A stretch of DNA of 64,000 bases from an uncultured Proteiniphilum sp. (GTDB taxonomy: Bacteria; Bacteroidota; Bacteroidia; Bacteroidales; Dysgonomonadaceae), in contig CAKMJT010000006.1 of assembly GCA_927407015.1 (NCBI GenBank), positions 2,153-66,152 of the forward strand. Direction: 5' to 3'. Below the pieces are notes generated by a model. That model was not told where the DNA came from. It saw only the letters and a program-made list of their open reading frames with translations, and ran no database searches. Shown one piece after another: positions 1-12,411 of the stretch (position 1 is the first letter of the stretch; every line of letters begins with the position of its first letter). A program made the translations under genes and the position numbers.

Positions 1-488
1 GGGAGTTGGCAAAAATCACCTGTAGCAATAATTTGCATACCACCAAAAGGTAATTCATTTCTTCTTATTTTTCTAGCCAATTCTTCTATTTTATCAAAAA
101 GGTCAGGATCAAGCATGGAAATTTCATCAATAATCAAAGTCCTTGTTTCTACCCATCTACTCCTATAAAAATATGACTTTGTTAATTTTTTATATAGTGT
201 TTCCAATGTTTCTGTTCCTAATCCTATACCCAGAAAAGAATGCATAGTTGTACCACCTATATTAAATGCGGAAATTCCCGTTGTAGATGTTAATGCTATA
301 TTACCAAAATATTCCTTATTTTTATGTGAAAAATTGGAGGAAACAATGTCTCTATAAAATTTCTTTATTAATTCAGATTTTCCCGTACCTGAAGGACCTG
401 TTATAAATAGGCTTTTTTTATTGATCATTTCATCGTATATTTCTTGTTGCTGTTCATTCAAGATAATTTCATTATTTGTTTTATCCAT
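1..488 (-). CDS. PIF1/RecD-like SF1B DNA helicase, N-terminal part (runs off the left window edge)
   Basis: Reverse frame is open from the ATG at 486-488 to position 1. It is absent from the ORF track because it is truncated. My translation: [43 protein letters not shown]...[25 protein letters not shown]...[47 protein letters not shown]. It shows Walker A (GPSGTGKS), motif Ia, Walker B (IIDEISM) and the PFGG-Q-GDFxQLP block characteristic of PIF1-family helicases. Confidence 0.85.
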   Translation of the reverse strand, partial: [162 protein letters not shown]

Positions 489-561
489 ATTTAGGTTTTC
501 CATATTTTCTCTATTTTTTTCAATTTTTCATTTTAAAATCATTTTTAAAATTTTTGTTTTT

Positions 562-2799
562 TTAATGCACAAATACTTTGGCAGATAATGGAGGTACCAA
601 AATACTTCCATCTGAACCCACTGAAATATCATTGGTGATTAATCTTCCTATTTGGGGTGCTGTATCTTTAGGTGTATCACTTGTCGGTTTCGCCCCTATA
701 TCTCCCAATATTATTTCTGAATTATTTCTTATATTATATTTATCTATATCATCGCTGGATATATATCTATCATCTTTGTTAGGGTTGATTACTAGTACCC
801 CAGTCTCGAATTTTTTGAGAAACACATCTCCTGTCCATTGTCTATTACTTGCCGCTTTTCCAAGGGGTAAATTAAATTCCGGTTGTAAATCCGCATATGG
901 TCCTAATGTCATGTCTGTTGCTGTATGAGCCCCCATGACCATACCACCCCCATCAGGTGAATCTACCATTAACGATGAGGCAATCAGGAATAACCTATAT
1001 TTTGCTTTACTTGGATCAGTTAAAAATGGTATCATGTCATAGCCCGGATATAACAGCATAACTATTTTTCCACTAGATACTATATTATCAAATATTCTCA
1101 TACATTCTGACCATAGAGGTTCTCCATATCCTTCAGGGAAAACAGCCTCTGATAAAGCTCCATCCAAACCTTTGCATATTTTCAGGATTAATTCATTAGC
1201 TATCACTCCCTTGAAATTACAAGAGGAATAATCAGGAGAAACAATTGGCAAGGAATTACCTATTAATTTAAAGTTGGATAATTTCTTTTTCTTCCAATCC
1301 TGGAGTATAGATACCAATTTTATAGCTGCGGCAGTCCATGGATTTTTAGAGAGATCAGAGGTATCTTGAAATCCAGCTTGATCATAATATTCCATGCTTT
1401 GTGCCTCTGCGCTACCTCCCCATGGACTATGTAGAGAAACTCTATAGGGTTGAAGCATATCAAAAAATGCCCCATTGTACCCATATTTAGTAGCAGTGGT
1501 GAGATATTCCTGTATTTTCTGAATATAAATGGGATGAGTTAAATTCATGAAATATCCAAACCACAATCTTTCTTGAATTCTATTATTTATACCAGTTGTG
1601 ATAACACCCCAAGAAGGGAATGCAGAAGCATATCTATAATCAGGAGGAGTAATGCTGAGTACTGGATTATATTGGGATGGACAATAGACATGACCTATAG
1701 TGTTATTATTTAATAAATTTAATCCGGTGAGTTCACTTCTTTTCTTGGTCAATTTATAATGATAATATGTAGTATCCCCTGATTTGTCTGAAATAATGAT
1801 AGTGTCTCTGATGACGTCCGGATCCCCAGATTCCCCCGTATAAAATTTCTGCTGGTCATAACATTCTCCATTTTCACATGAGCATCCCCACTGTTTTTTA
1901 TTCATGAAACTGAAATAAAATTTGGTAGAATCATCGGCCGTATAAAAATCAGCTGTATATGAATTAATGTAAATGTCTTTATTCTCCGGAGTCGATATAC
2001 TCGGATCATGGTTCCCCGTGATACTGGCACAAATCACTCCTTGAAATGGAGTCAATGTACTGGGTATAATACAGGCCGGATTTGAATAATATAATTCCTT
2101 GCCATTTTGATCTAGAGATCTCACATAATAACATACTTGGGCATCTGTATGTATGGAATCTGTAGAGGTAAAAAATGGCTGTCCTGTGTCGGTTTTTTCC
2201 TCTATCAAAGTGGAAGATGTATATGGGGGATAATACCTGTATAATCGGTAACCAGTGATAATTATTCCGCCCTCGCTCGGGTCCCCACATCCCAATGTAC
2301 ATTTTTGAGCCTGATCCGTACAAGATGTTCTATAGTCCTTTCTCCATATAAATTTAATAGTGGTATCATTTAATTTTTTAATGACGAACAAAGAGGCGTC
2401 CGTAGAGTGTAAAAAGGCATCCTCCCAAGGATCCATTACATTACTACTTATTCCTAATCCTTGTTGATTGGGGGTTCTAGTCGTATTTAACATTAGATAT
2501 ATCAGATTCATTGAATCTTTCCGTGTAAAATCACTAATTTTTAACATTTTATCAAAGCTATTTATATTGGCTACTCCTGGCTTTGGAAGGACCCCCTCTA
2601 CAGCATCAAAATACTTGCCAATAGCTTTCATTCTTTCTACATTACCATAGCTAGGAATGAAAAATCTCTTTAGCGGATTAATCACTTTTTCAGGTTTGGG
2701 TTTAGGTTTTTTACCCTTAACAATAATAACTATTGCAATAATGATCACGATAATTATAATGGTTATCGCAATAAAAAACAATGCTGATTTTGAAACCAT
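562..2799 (-). CDS. hypothetical membrane-anchored protein, 745 aa, large extracytoplasmic region (family not recognised)
   Basis: ATG at 2797-2799. N-terminal hydrophobic anchor FFIAITIIIIVIIIAIVIIV is followed by a KGKKPKPKPEK linker. The stretch 'GGIIITGYRLYRYYPP...VCYYVRSLDQNGKELYYSNPACI' looks like a beta-sandwich/FN3 domain. The C-terminal half ('KYGYNGAFFDMLQP', 'NPWTAAAIKL', 'GLDGALSEAVFPEG') resembles GH114/GHL-type TIM barrels only loosely. About 30% G+C, unlike the rest of the window. Confidence 0.6.
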   Translation of the reverse strand: MVSKSALFFIAITIIIIVIIIAIVIIVKGKKPKPKPEKVINPLKRFFIPSYGNVERMKAIGKYFDAVEGVLPKPGVANINSFDKMLKISDFTRKDSMNLIYLMLNTTRTPNQQGLGISSNVMDPWEDAFLHSTDASLFVIKKLNDTTIKFIWRKDYRTSCTDQAQKCTLGCGDPSEGGIIITGYRLYRYYPPYTSSTLIEEKTDTGQPFFTSTDSIHTDAQVCYYVRSLDQNGKELYYSNPACIIPSTLTPFQGVICASITGNHDPSISTPENKDIYINSYTADFYTADDSTKFYFSFMNKKQWGCSCENGECYDQQKFYTGESGDPDVIRDTIIISDKSGDTTYYHYKLTKKRSELTGLNLLNNNTIGHVYCPSQYNPVLSITPPDYRYASAFPSWGVITTGINNRIQERLWFGYFMNLTHPIYIQKIQEYLTTATKYGYNGAFFDMLQPYRVSLHSPWGGSAEAQSMEYYDQAGFQDTSDLSKNPWTAAAIKLVSILQDWKKKKLSNFKLIGNSLPIVSPDYSSCNFKGVIANELILKICKGLDGALSEAVFPEGYGEPLWSECMRIFDNIVSSGKIVMLLYPGYDMIPFLTDPSKAKYRLFLIASSLMVDSPDGGGMVMGAHTATDMTLGPYADLQPEFNLPLGKAASNRQWTGDVFLKKFETGVLVINPNKDDRYISSDDIDKYNIRNNSEIILGDIGAKPTSDTPKDTAPQIGRLITNDISVGSDGSILVPPLSAKVFVH

Positions 2800-2890
2800 T
2801 TATTAGAGAAAGAAAAAGAGAAAAAGAGAAAGAAAATAAAATTGAATCAAATATTTAGAAAAAGGGAATAATAAGAAAATCAAGAGAAAA

Positions 2891-3190
2891 ATGAACAGTA
2901 TAACCGGTATTGAAATAACAGTAGAAAAGAAAGGAGATTTTGATGATTATTCTCCAGATTATAAATGTGGTACATGCGAACAAATTGTGAGCGGCTTTCA
3001 TGATTGTAAAAAAATAACAGGAACAATAGTAAAGGACTGTGGCTGTAAAATCATTACAAAACGTGGCTTCAAAGATGTATATTCTGTTTTTATTGAAGAT
3101 TTCGAGCATCTTGTTCCATGTTTTGAACATTCTAAAAAAATGTGCAAAAAGGCTTTTCAAAAGGCGAGAAAAAATCAAGTAAAAAAGTAA
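2891..3190 (+). CDS. hypothetical small Cys-rich protein, 99 aa
   Basis: ATG ORF in the low-GC segment with soluble, charged composition. Paired cysteines (CGTC...C, CGC, C..H, C) suggest a metal-binding knuckle. The fully overlapping antisense 107-aa ORF is F/I/Y-rich and looks non-coding. Confidence 0.4.
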   Translation: MNSITGIEITVEKKGDFDDYSPDYKCGTCEQIVSGFHDCKKITGTIVKDCGCKIITKRGFKDVYSVFIEDFEHLVPCFEHSKKMCKKAFQKARKNQVKK

Positions 3191-3363
3191 ACAAATATTT
3201 ATACGGATTTTTTCAATTTTCTATTACCTATTTTTTTAGGGTTTGGGATTGATCTAACTTTCGACGGCCCTATGATTACGGTGGTGCGAAAGTTCAGTAT
3301 TATACCTATAATGTGAGAGACAAGATGGTGCTGATTGATCTGTTCACCTGTGCCGGAATCTGA

Positions 3364-4800
3364 TTACCTGCTCCATTCATACCGTGCCAGTACGGCGTAC
3401 TCAGCAGCGAAGGTGAAACTAAACATCCCTTCCGTCTTGTTTTTCTCTTCCTCCGCATCCCATCCTTTCAACAGATTGGTGGGGAGTGTTCCCTTGTGGA
3501 GAAAATGGTCGTAACCGTAATCGAGATTTTGCTGAAAGGTGGCGATATACCCGGAGACAGGTTCATAGGTGGGATATAAATCGACATAGCCGCGCATCAT
3601 CACGCCGTTGAACCAGTTCCGGAAACCATCGATCTGATAACTGTAGTAACCGGGCAGCTCCGCGCCTTTTGCTGCAAAATAGGTGAAGGTGGCATCCGAC
3701 AGGGCAGCGCCCTCTTCTGCATACTTCTTATCACCGGTAGCCCTGTAGAGATCAGCCGCTCCCGACAACATGGTACCGCTGTTGTAGGTGAAAGGAGGCC
3801 CTACCCTGTCGACACAGGTAATACCCCGTCGATAAACGACACCATCGATCGTCTCCATTTCTGGTTTTCCCGGTGTGCACCCGCCCATCATATCGGCGTA
3901 GACTCCATCTTCACGCAGCAGGTTTCTTTTTTGCCAGTCGTATATCTTTTTCGCTAACGAGAGATAATAGTCACTCTTTTTCATGGCAGCGGTCCTTCTG
4001 GTTTTTCTGTCTTTCGGGTCGATAAAACGATGGGTGATTTGATCTCTTTTGCCATTGTACAGTTCATGTAGCCATACGAGGGGGCTCACCATCGGGCCAT
4101 TGCTGCAGGAGTGTTTGGAGACATATCCCGGTCCCCAGGTGATACCACCCCGTTCCTTCCCGTGCTCATCAATCGTACAGTCCCATCCATCCAGCACATA
4201 GGCGATGAGGTATTCCGCCTTTTCAAGAAAAATCTTTTCGTCCGTAAGCCTGTAGGCTTCCAGATACTCACGCACCAGCCACATCTGGTCATCATACACA
4301 TTCTCGACTCCATCTACCCGGGCTTCTCCCCTCGATCGGCCACGGTTCACCCCATACACCGTCCACTCATTCGTCCGGGTGTAGGAGGTAAGGGTAAACG
4401 TGCCGAGGTAATACGCTGCCTGATCGTACAGATCGAGCAGTTGTTGCGTGTAACGGTCGAAATGCTGCTCGTAGAGAGAGCTGTCGCCCGCCTCTTTCGC
4501 AGTTTTAAGCCCGTGAAGGATGGTATTGACCGCCTCAATGGCACTGGTGTACATCCAGACGCTTCCCTTTTCATCCGAACGAACACCGTTGAAAGGATTA
4601 TAAAAGCGGGCCATACCGTTTTCGGTGAAATGGGTCAAAAAAGCGTTGTCGGCTATCTCCATGGCACGTAAGAGGTTTCGTTCCGCGAGTGTTGGGCTGT
4701 CCCGGCGCGTTTCGGCATTCTCAGCAGATGTGGCGGCATTACAGGTCAAAGGCTTCAGTATCAGGAGCCCTCCCATCAAAAGTGTTGCGATTATTTTCAT
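3364..4800 (-). CDS. glycoside hydrolase family 76-like protein (alpha-1,6-mannanase fold), secreted
   Basis: The ORF-track start at 4812 is TTG. The ATG at 4798-4800 gives signal peptide MKIIATLLMGGLLILKPLTCNA. The block 'YDDQMWLVREYLEAYRLTDEKIFLEKAEYLIAYVLDGWD...GGITWGPGY' plus 'YNSGTMLSGAADLYRATGDKKY' matches the GH76 (alpha/alpha)6 pattern as I remember it. Confidence 0.6.
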   Translation of the reverse strand: MKIIATLLMGGLLILKPLTCNAATSAENAETRRDSPTLAERNLLRAMEIADNAFLTHFTENGMARFYNPFNGVRSDEKGSVWMYTSAIEAVNTILHGLKTAKEAGDSSLYEQHFDRYTQQLLDLYDQAAYYLGTFTLTSYTRTNEWTVYGVNRGRSRGEARVDGVENVYDDQMWLVREYLEAYRLTDEKIFLEKAEYLIAYVLDGWDCTIDEHGKERGGITWGPGYVSKHSCSNGPMVSPLVWLHELYNGKRDQITHRFIDPKDRKTRRTAAMKKSDYYLSLAKKIYDWQKRNLLREDGVYADMMGGCTPGKPEMETIDGVVYRRGITCVDRVGPPFTYNSGTMLSGAADLYRATGDKKYAEEGAALSDATFTYFAAKGAELPGYYSYQIDGFRNWFNGVMMRGYVDLYPTYEPVSGYIATFQQNLDYGYDHFLHKGTLPTNLLKGWDAEEEKNKTEGMFSFTFAAEYAVLARYEWSR

Positions 4801-4989
4801 TCTTGTTATCAATTAGCATATGGATTGTGACAGGATTCCTTCGTTCCGGCAGTATACCCGGTGAAGGAGAAAGGACCCAAAGTTACATATTTATATTGAA
4901 AATTCCTCAACCGGATGGCTCTTACGGGCAATATACTCATCCATAAAGAGGAATAAGGTTAAATTAAATTAACTTATCGATTTTTTTCT

Positions 4990-4997
4990 TACTTTTG
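4990..4997 (+). promoter_or_regulatory. candidate Bacteroidetes -7 promoter box (TACTTTTG)
   Basis: Exact match to the TAnnTTTG consensus, about 58 nt upstream of the GH2 ATG, in an AT-rich intergenic region. Confidence 0.4.
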
Positions 4998-5045
4998 CAA
5001 TACAAATAAAATAGTTCAGTAGATGGACCTACCATCAGAATATAA

Positions 5046-9204
<4,159 letters not shown>

Positions 9205-9205
9205 T

Positions 9206-9415
9206 TTACTTTTTCTTTTTCCTGGTTTCAGAGGAGGGCTCTTTTTTTTGCTTCGGCACTTTATACCCGGCTTGCTCCGCTTCTGAAATACCAATGGCTA
9301 TAGCCTGATCACGTTCCGTCACCTTATCGCCTGAGGAGGAGTGCAGTTTGCCCTCCTTGAACTCTTTCATCACTTTGGCGATTTTTTCCTGTGCTTTCTT
9401 AGAATATTTTGCCAT
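9206..9415 (-). CDS. small basic conserved protein (DUF6496-like), 69 aa
   Basis: MAKYSKKAQEKIAKVMKEFKEGKLHSSSGDKVTERDQAIAIGISEAEQAGYKVP matches my memory of the DUF6496 pattern (KVMHEFKxGxLxSGSGxKVxxRKQAIAIGLSEAR). ATG start at 9413-9415. Confidence 0.6.
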   Translation of the reverse strand: MAKYSKKAQEKIAKVMKEFKEGKLHSSSGDKVTERDQAIAIGISEAEQAGYKVPKQKKEPSSETRKKKK

Positions 9416-9600
9416 AATGATCCAATATTAAGACGACCGTTGTCTGCTTATACAACTTTCCATAACGGAAAAAGTTTCCCGAAGTGACTATTTTGTCATT
9501 TTTTAAAGGATAAGTGATGATTTCAAAAGAGATATCATCAAACTAATCTGAGCAGGGATATGTTATAAATATAACTTGTTTCACTTTTAATAAGGACCCT

Positions 9601-10272
9601 ATGAACTGGCAGGATATTTTGTTTGGTGATGAAAATCTCTCCTTTCTGGCTGAAATTGCACTCCGCTCGGTGATCATGTTTCTGCTGCTGTTTCTCGGAT
9701 TGAGAGTAGCCGGGAAGCGGGGTGTGAAACAACTGTCCATCTTTGAGCTGCTGATTATTATCGCCCTGGGATCAGCCGCCGGTGATCCCATGATCTACAA
9801 GGAAGTGGGCGTGATCTATGCGCTGGTCGTTTTTGTGGTGATCTTCCTCATCTATTGGATGCTCACCAAACTGATGGAACACTCCGAGAAGATGGAGTCG
9901 ATCCTTGAAGGCAAGCCTTTTTATATCATCCGTGACGGAAAGGCATCGAAAGAATCACTTAGCCACAAGGAACTGGCCATCGACGAATTTTATGCGTCCC
10001 TGCGGTCCCACCAGATTTTTCACCTGGGACAGGTTCGGGAAGGTGTACTGGAAACGAATGGAGAGGTAAGCCTGCTTTTGTTTCCCGAGCAGGAGGTGAA
10101 ACCCGGCTTACCCGTATGGCCCGATTACCTGAACAAAAAAACAAAACAGGTGCCTCACAGCGGCATCTATGCCTGTACAAACTGCGGAAATACACAACCA
10201 TTGTCTGCCCATGAAAGCGCCCTCTGCAGTTATTGCTCAAAAAACGACGAATGGGTGGAGGCGGTAAAATAA
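9601..10272 (+). CDS. DUF421 (YetF-like) membrane protein with C-terminal CxxC...CxxC zinc-ribbon-like tail
   Basis: The N-terminal 'FLAEIALRSVIMFLLLFLGLRVAGKRGVKQLSIFELLIIIALGSAAGDPM' is the DUF421 signature. The tail is 'CTNCGNTQPLSAHESALCSYCS'. Confidence 0.7.
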   Translation: MNWQDILFGDENLSFLAEIALRSVIMFLLLFLGLRVAGKRGVKQLSIFELLIIIALGSAAGDPMIYKEVGVIYALVVFVVIFLIYWMLTKLMEHSEKMESILEGKPFYIIRDGKASKESLSHKELAIDEFYASLRSHQIFHLGQVREGVLETNGEVSLLLFPEQEVKPGLPVWPDYLNKKTKQVPHSGIYACTNCGNTQPLSAHESALCSYCSKNDEWVEAVK

Positions 10273-10315
10273 AAAAACACGCACCGGTACTGCCGATAAG
10301 TGTTTGATTTTCATG

Positions 10316-10389
10316 TGATCCGGTTGAGATTCGAACTCAAGACCCACAGCTTAGAAGGCTGTTGCTCTATCCAGCTGAGCTACCGGACC
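10316..10389 (-). tRNA. tRNA-Arg (anticodon TCT)
   Basis: Reverse strand: GGTCCGG-TA-GCTC-AGCTGGATA-GAGC-A-ACAGC-CTTCTAA-GCTGT-GGGTC-TTGAG-TTCGAAT-CTCAA-CCGGATC-A. It folds by hand into a cloverleaf with a 7-bp acceptor stem (one G-U), GTTCGAATC T-loop and anticodon-loop centre TCT. CCA is not encoded. Confidence 0.9.
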
Positions 10390-10471
10390 CTCATACTTAA
10401 TTGAGGATGCAAAAATACGCTAATTCTCAGAATAAAAAAAATTTATGATTCCGTATTTAAACTGAATCGAT

Positions 10472-10494
10472 AAAAAAAACGGCAAGAAGCCGCT
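10472..10494 (-). terminator. candidate intrinsic terminator downstream of gdhA
   Basis: Reverse strand reads AGCGGC-TTCTT-GCCGTT followed by a T8 run, about 25 nt after the gdhA stop. The stem is short, so this is tentative. Confidence 0.45.
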
Positions 10495-10516
10495 TTCCCT
10501 GATCATTGTCTGAAAG

Positions 10517-11851
10517 TTACAGGATTCCCTGTCCCATCATGGCTTTGGCCACCTTCATAAATCCGGCGATATTGGCTCCCTTCACATAGTTGATATAGCC
10601 GTCGTTTTCGGTACCGTATTTCACGCAATTCTCATGGATGTTGGCCATAATCCATTTCAGTTTTTCGTCCACCTCCTCTGCTGGCCAGCTGTACCGTTCA
10701 GAGTTCTGTGTCATCTCCAGTCCCGATACCGATACACCGCCGGCATTGGCCGCTTTTCCCGGGGCATACAGTATTTTGTTTTTTAGAAAAATGGCAATCG
10801 CTTCGGGCGTGCTGGGCATGTTGGCACCTTCCGAAACGGCAAAGACACCATTCTGAACCAGTGCTTCCGCATCTTCCTTGTCGATCTCGTTCTGTGTGGC
10901 GGAAGGAAGGGCGATATCCCCTTTCTCAGACCAGGGACGTGCTCCCGGTACATATTTACACCCATATTCCTCTGCATATTCACGGATACGGCCTTTGTAA
11001 AGATTCTTCAAATCCATCACGAACTGCAGCTTCTCTGCGGTAATGCCTTCCGGGTCATAGATATAACCGTCGGAATCGGAGAGGGACACAGGTATGGCAC
11101 CCAGTTCCAACAGCTTCTCACAGGTATACTGTGCCACGTTTCCGGAACCGGAAACCAGACATTTTTTCCCTTTGATATCGATATTCCTTGTCTTCAGCAT
11201 CTCCAGCAGGAAATAGACATTGCCGTAACCGGTAGCCTCCGGACGTATCAGCGAACCGCCGAACTCACAGCCTTTGCCGGTGAAGGTTCCGGTGAACTCA
11301 CAGGCCAGCTTCTTGTATTTCCCAAACATGTAGCCCACTTCACGACCTCCCACACCGATATCTCCTGCCGGTACATCGGTATCGGGCCCGATGACGCGCC
11401 ACAATCCTTCCACAAAAGCCTGACAGAAGCGCATGATCTCGCCGTCGGATTTGCCGCGGGGTGAAAAATCGGATCCTCCTTTGGCTCCACCCATCGGCAA
11501 CGTGGTGAGTGCATTTTTGAATGTTTGCTCAAAAGCAAGAAATTTAAGTATCGACAGCGAAACTGAAGCATGAAAGCGAATGCCTCCCTTATAGGGTCCA
11601 ATGGCATTGTTATGCTGCACACGGTATCCCATATTGGTCTGCACCTTTCCCTTATCGTCCACCCATGTGACACGAAACGAGTGAATCTTATCGGGGATCG
11701 TCAGTCGCTCGATGAGATTTGCCTTTTCAAACTCCGGATGAGCATTATACACATCCTCAATCGATTCCAGTACCTCTTCAACGGCCTGATAATATTCGGG
11801 CTCGTTGGGAAAACGCCTCTTTAACAGATTGATAACCTCAATAGACTTCAT
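10517..11851 (-). CDS. gdhA: NADP-specific glutamate dehydrogenase
   Basis: 444 aa. Contains 'GPYKGGIRFH', 'LPMGGAKGGSDFSPRGKSDGEIMRFCQAF', and the Rossmann motif 'VSGSGNVAQY'. Confidence 0.95.
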   Translation of the reverse strand: MKSIEVINLLKRRFPNEPEYYQAVEEVLESIEDVYNAHPEFEKANLIERLTIPDKIHSFRVTWVDDKGKVQTNMGYRVQHNNAIGPYKGGIRFHASVSLSILKFLAFEQTFKNALTTLPMGGAKGGSDFSPRGKSDGEIMRFCQAFVEGLWRVIGPDTDVPAGDIGVGGREVGYMFGKYKKLACEFTGTFTGKGCEFGGSLIRPEATGYGNVYFLLEMLKTRNIDIKGKKCLVSGSGNVAQYTCEKLLELGAIPVSLSDSDGYIYDPEGITAEKLQFVMDLKNLYKGRIREYAEEYGCKYVPGARPWSEKGDIALPSATQNEIDKEDAEALVQNGVFAVSEGANMPSTPEAIAIFLKNKILYAPGKAANAGGVSVSGLEMTQNSERYSWPAEEVDEKLKWIMANIHENCVKYGTENDGYINYVKGANIAGFMKVAKAMMGQGIL

Positions 11852-11973
11852 AAAAAATTTCTCTCTTTAAATCAGATAACATGTAGAATAATCACTTTGA
11901 AACACAAAATTAGATAAAAATTTCTAAAACAAAAATATTACAAAACTATTTATCATTTTTGTTAGTAAAAAAG

Positions 11974-12144
11974 CTATTTCTTTAGATATTTGTAAATAGG
12001 AATAAAAACTATGGCGCCCGACATCAGAATGGAGAGGATGGTAAAAGTACATAGAGTGTCGTACAATAAGATGTAGACCACCAAAACAACCCAAGGGATG
12101 TTGATAAATACGATTTGCGTTTGCGAGAGATTTTTTCGTGCCAT
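11974..12144 (-). CDS. possible small membrane protein, 56 aa (below the ORF-track cutoff)
   Basis: My translation from the ATG at 12142-12144: MARKNLSQTQIVFINIPWVVLVVYILLYDTLCTFTILSILMSGAIVFIPIYKYLKK*. It has two hydrophobic helices with basic termini. It sits in the 560-bp gdhA/glmS divergent spacer. The overlapping 75-aa track ORF in another frame looks less protein-like. Confidence 0.35.
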   Translation of the reverse strand: MARKNLSQTQIVFINIPWVVLVVYILLYDTLCTFTILSILMSGAIVFIPIYKYLKK

Positions 12145-12411
12145 AGATCAATCAATATGTGATGCACAAAGATAAAAAAAGGTACAGATCTCACATCTAT
12201 ACCTCCTTAAAAACCTTAGAGAGTTAATGAAAAATTGATAACGTTATTTTTGAACCAAATGAATAACTTCGCAGCAAAGAAAAACAATTGTCATTACAGA
12301 ACGATGTCATTTATGTTAAGTTTTTGTTACATTTGGATTTCGTAAGAAAAAACAAACTACTTTTACGACGGAAAAAAAAATTCAGGATAATATTGGATAA
12401 ACAAACCATCT

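Noticed and set aside
2855-3178. 107-aa ORF antisense to the 99-aa Cys-rich ORF, with an AAAATTGA octamer 35 nt upstream.
   Set aside because: Its translation is dominated by F/I/Y/C runs typical of the reverse frame of AT-rich coding DNA. The plus-strand ORF looks more protein-like. The call remains uncertain.
3247-3341. 9-bp direct repeat GATTGATCT at 3247-3255 and 3333-3341, near the G+C transition; considered as a target-site duplication or att site.
   Set aside because: Both copies lie on the same (right) side of the low-GC segment, only 86 bp apart, so they do not flank anything. A 9-mer match at that distance may be chance.
11924-12151. 75-aa track ORF in the gdhA/glmS spacer.
   Set aside because: Its composition is not protein-like (H/Y/F/S-rich). 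The alternative frame gives a cleaner two-helix membrane peptide, reported separately at low confidence.
12151-12411. A glmS ribozyme or other riboswitch upstream of glmS.
   Set aside because: The glmS ribozyme is a Gram-positive feature. The leader here is A/T-rich with no conserved core that I recognise.
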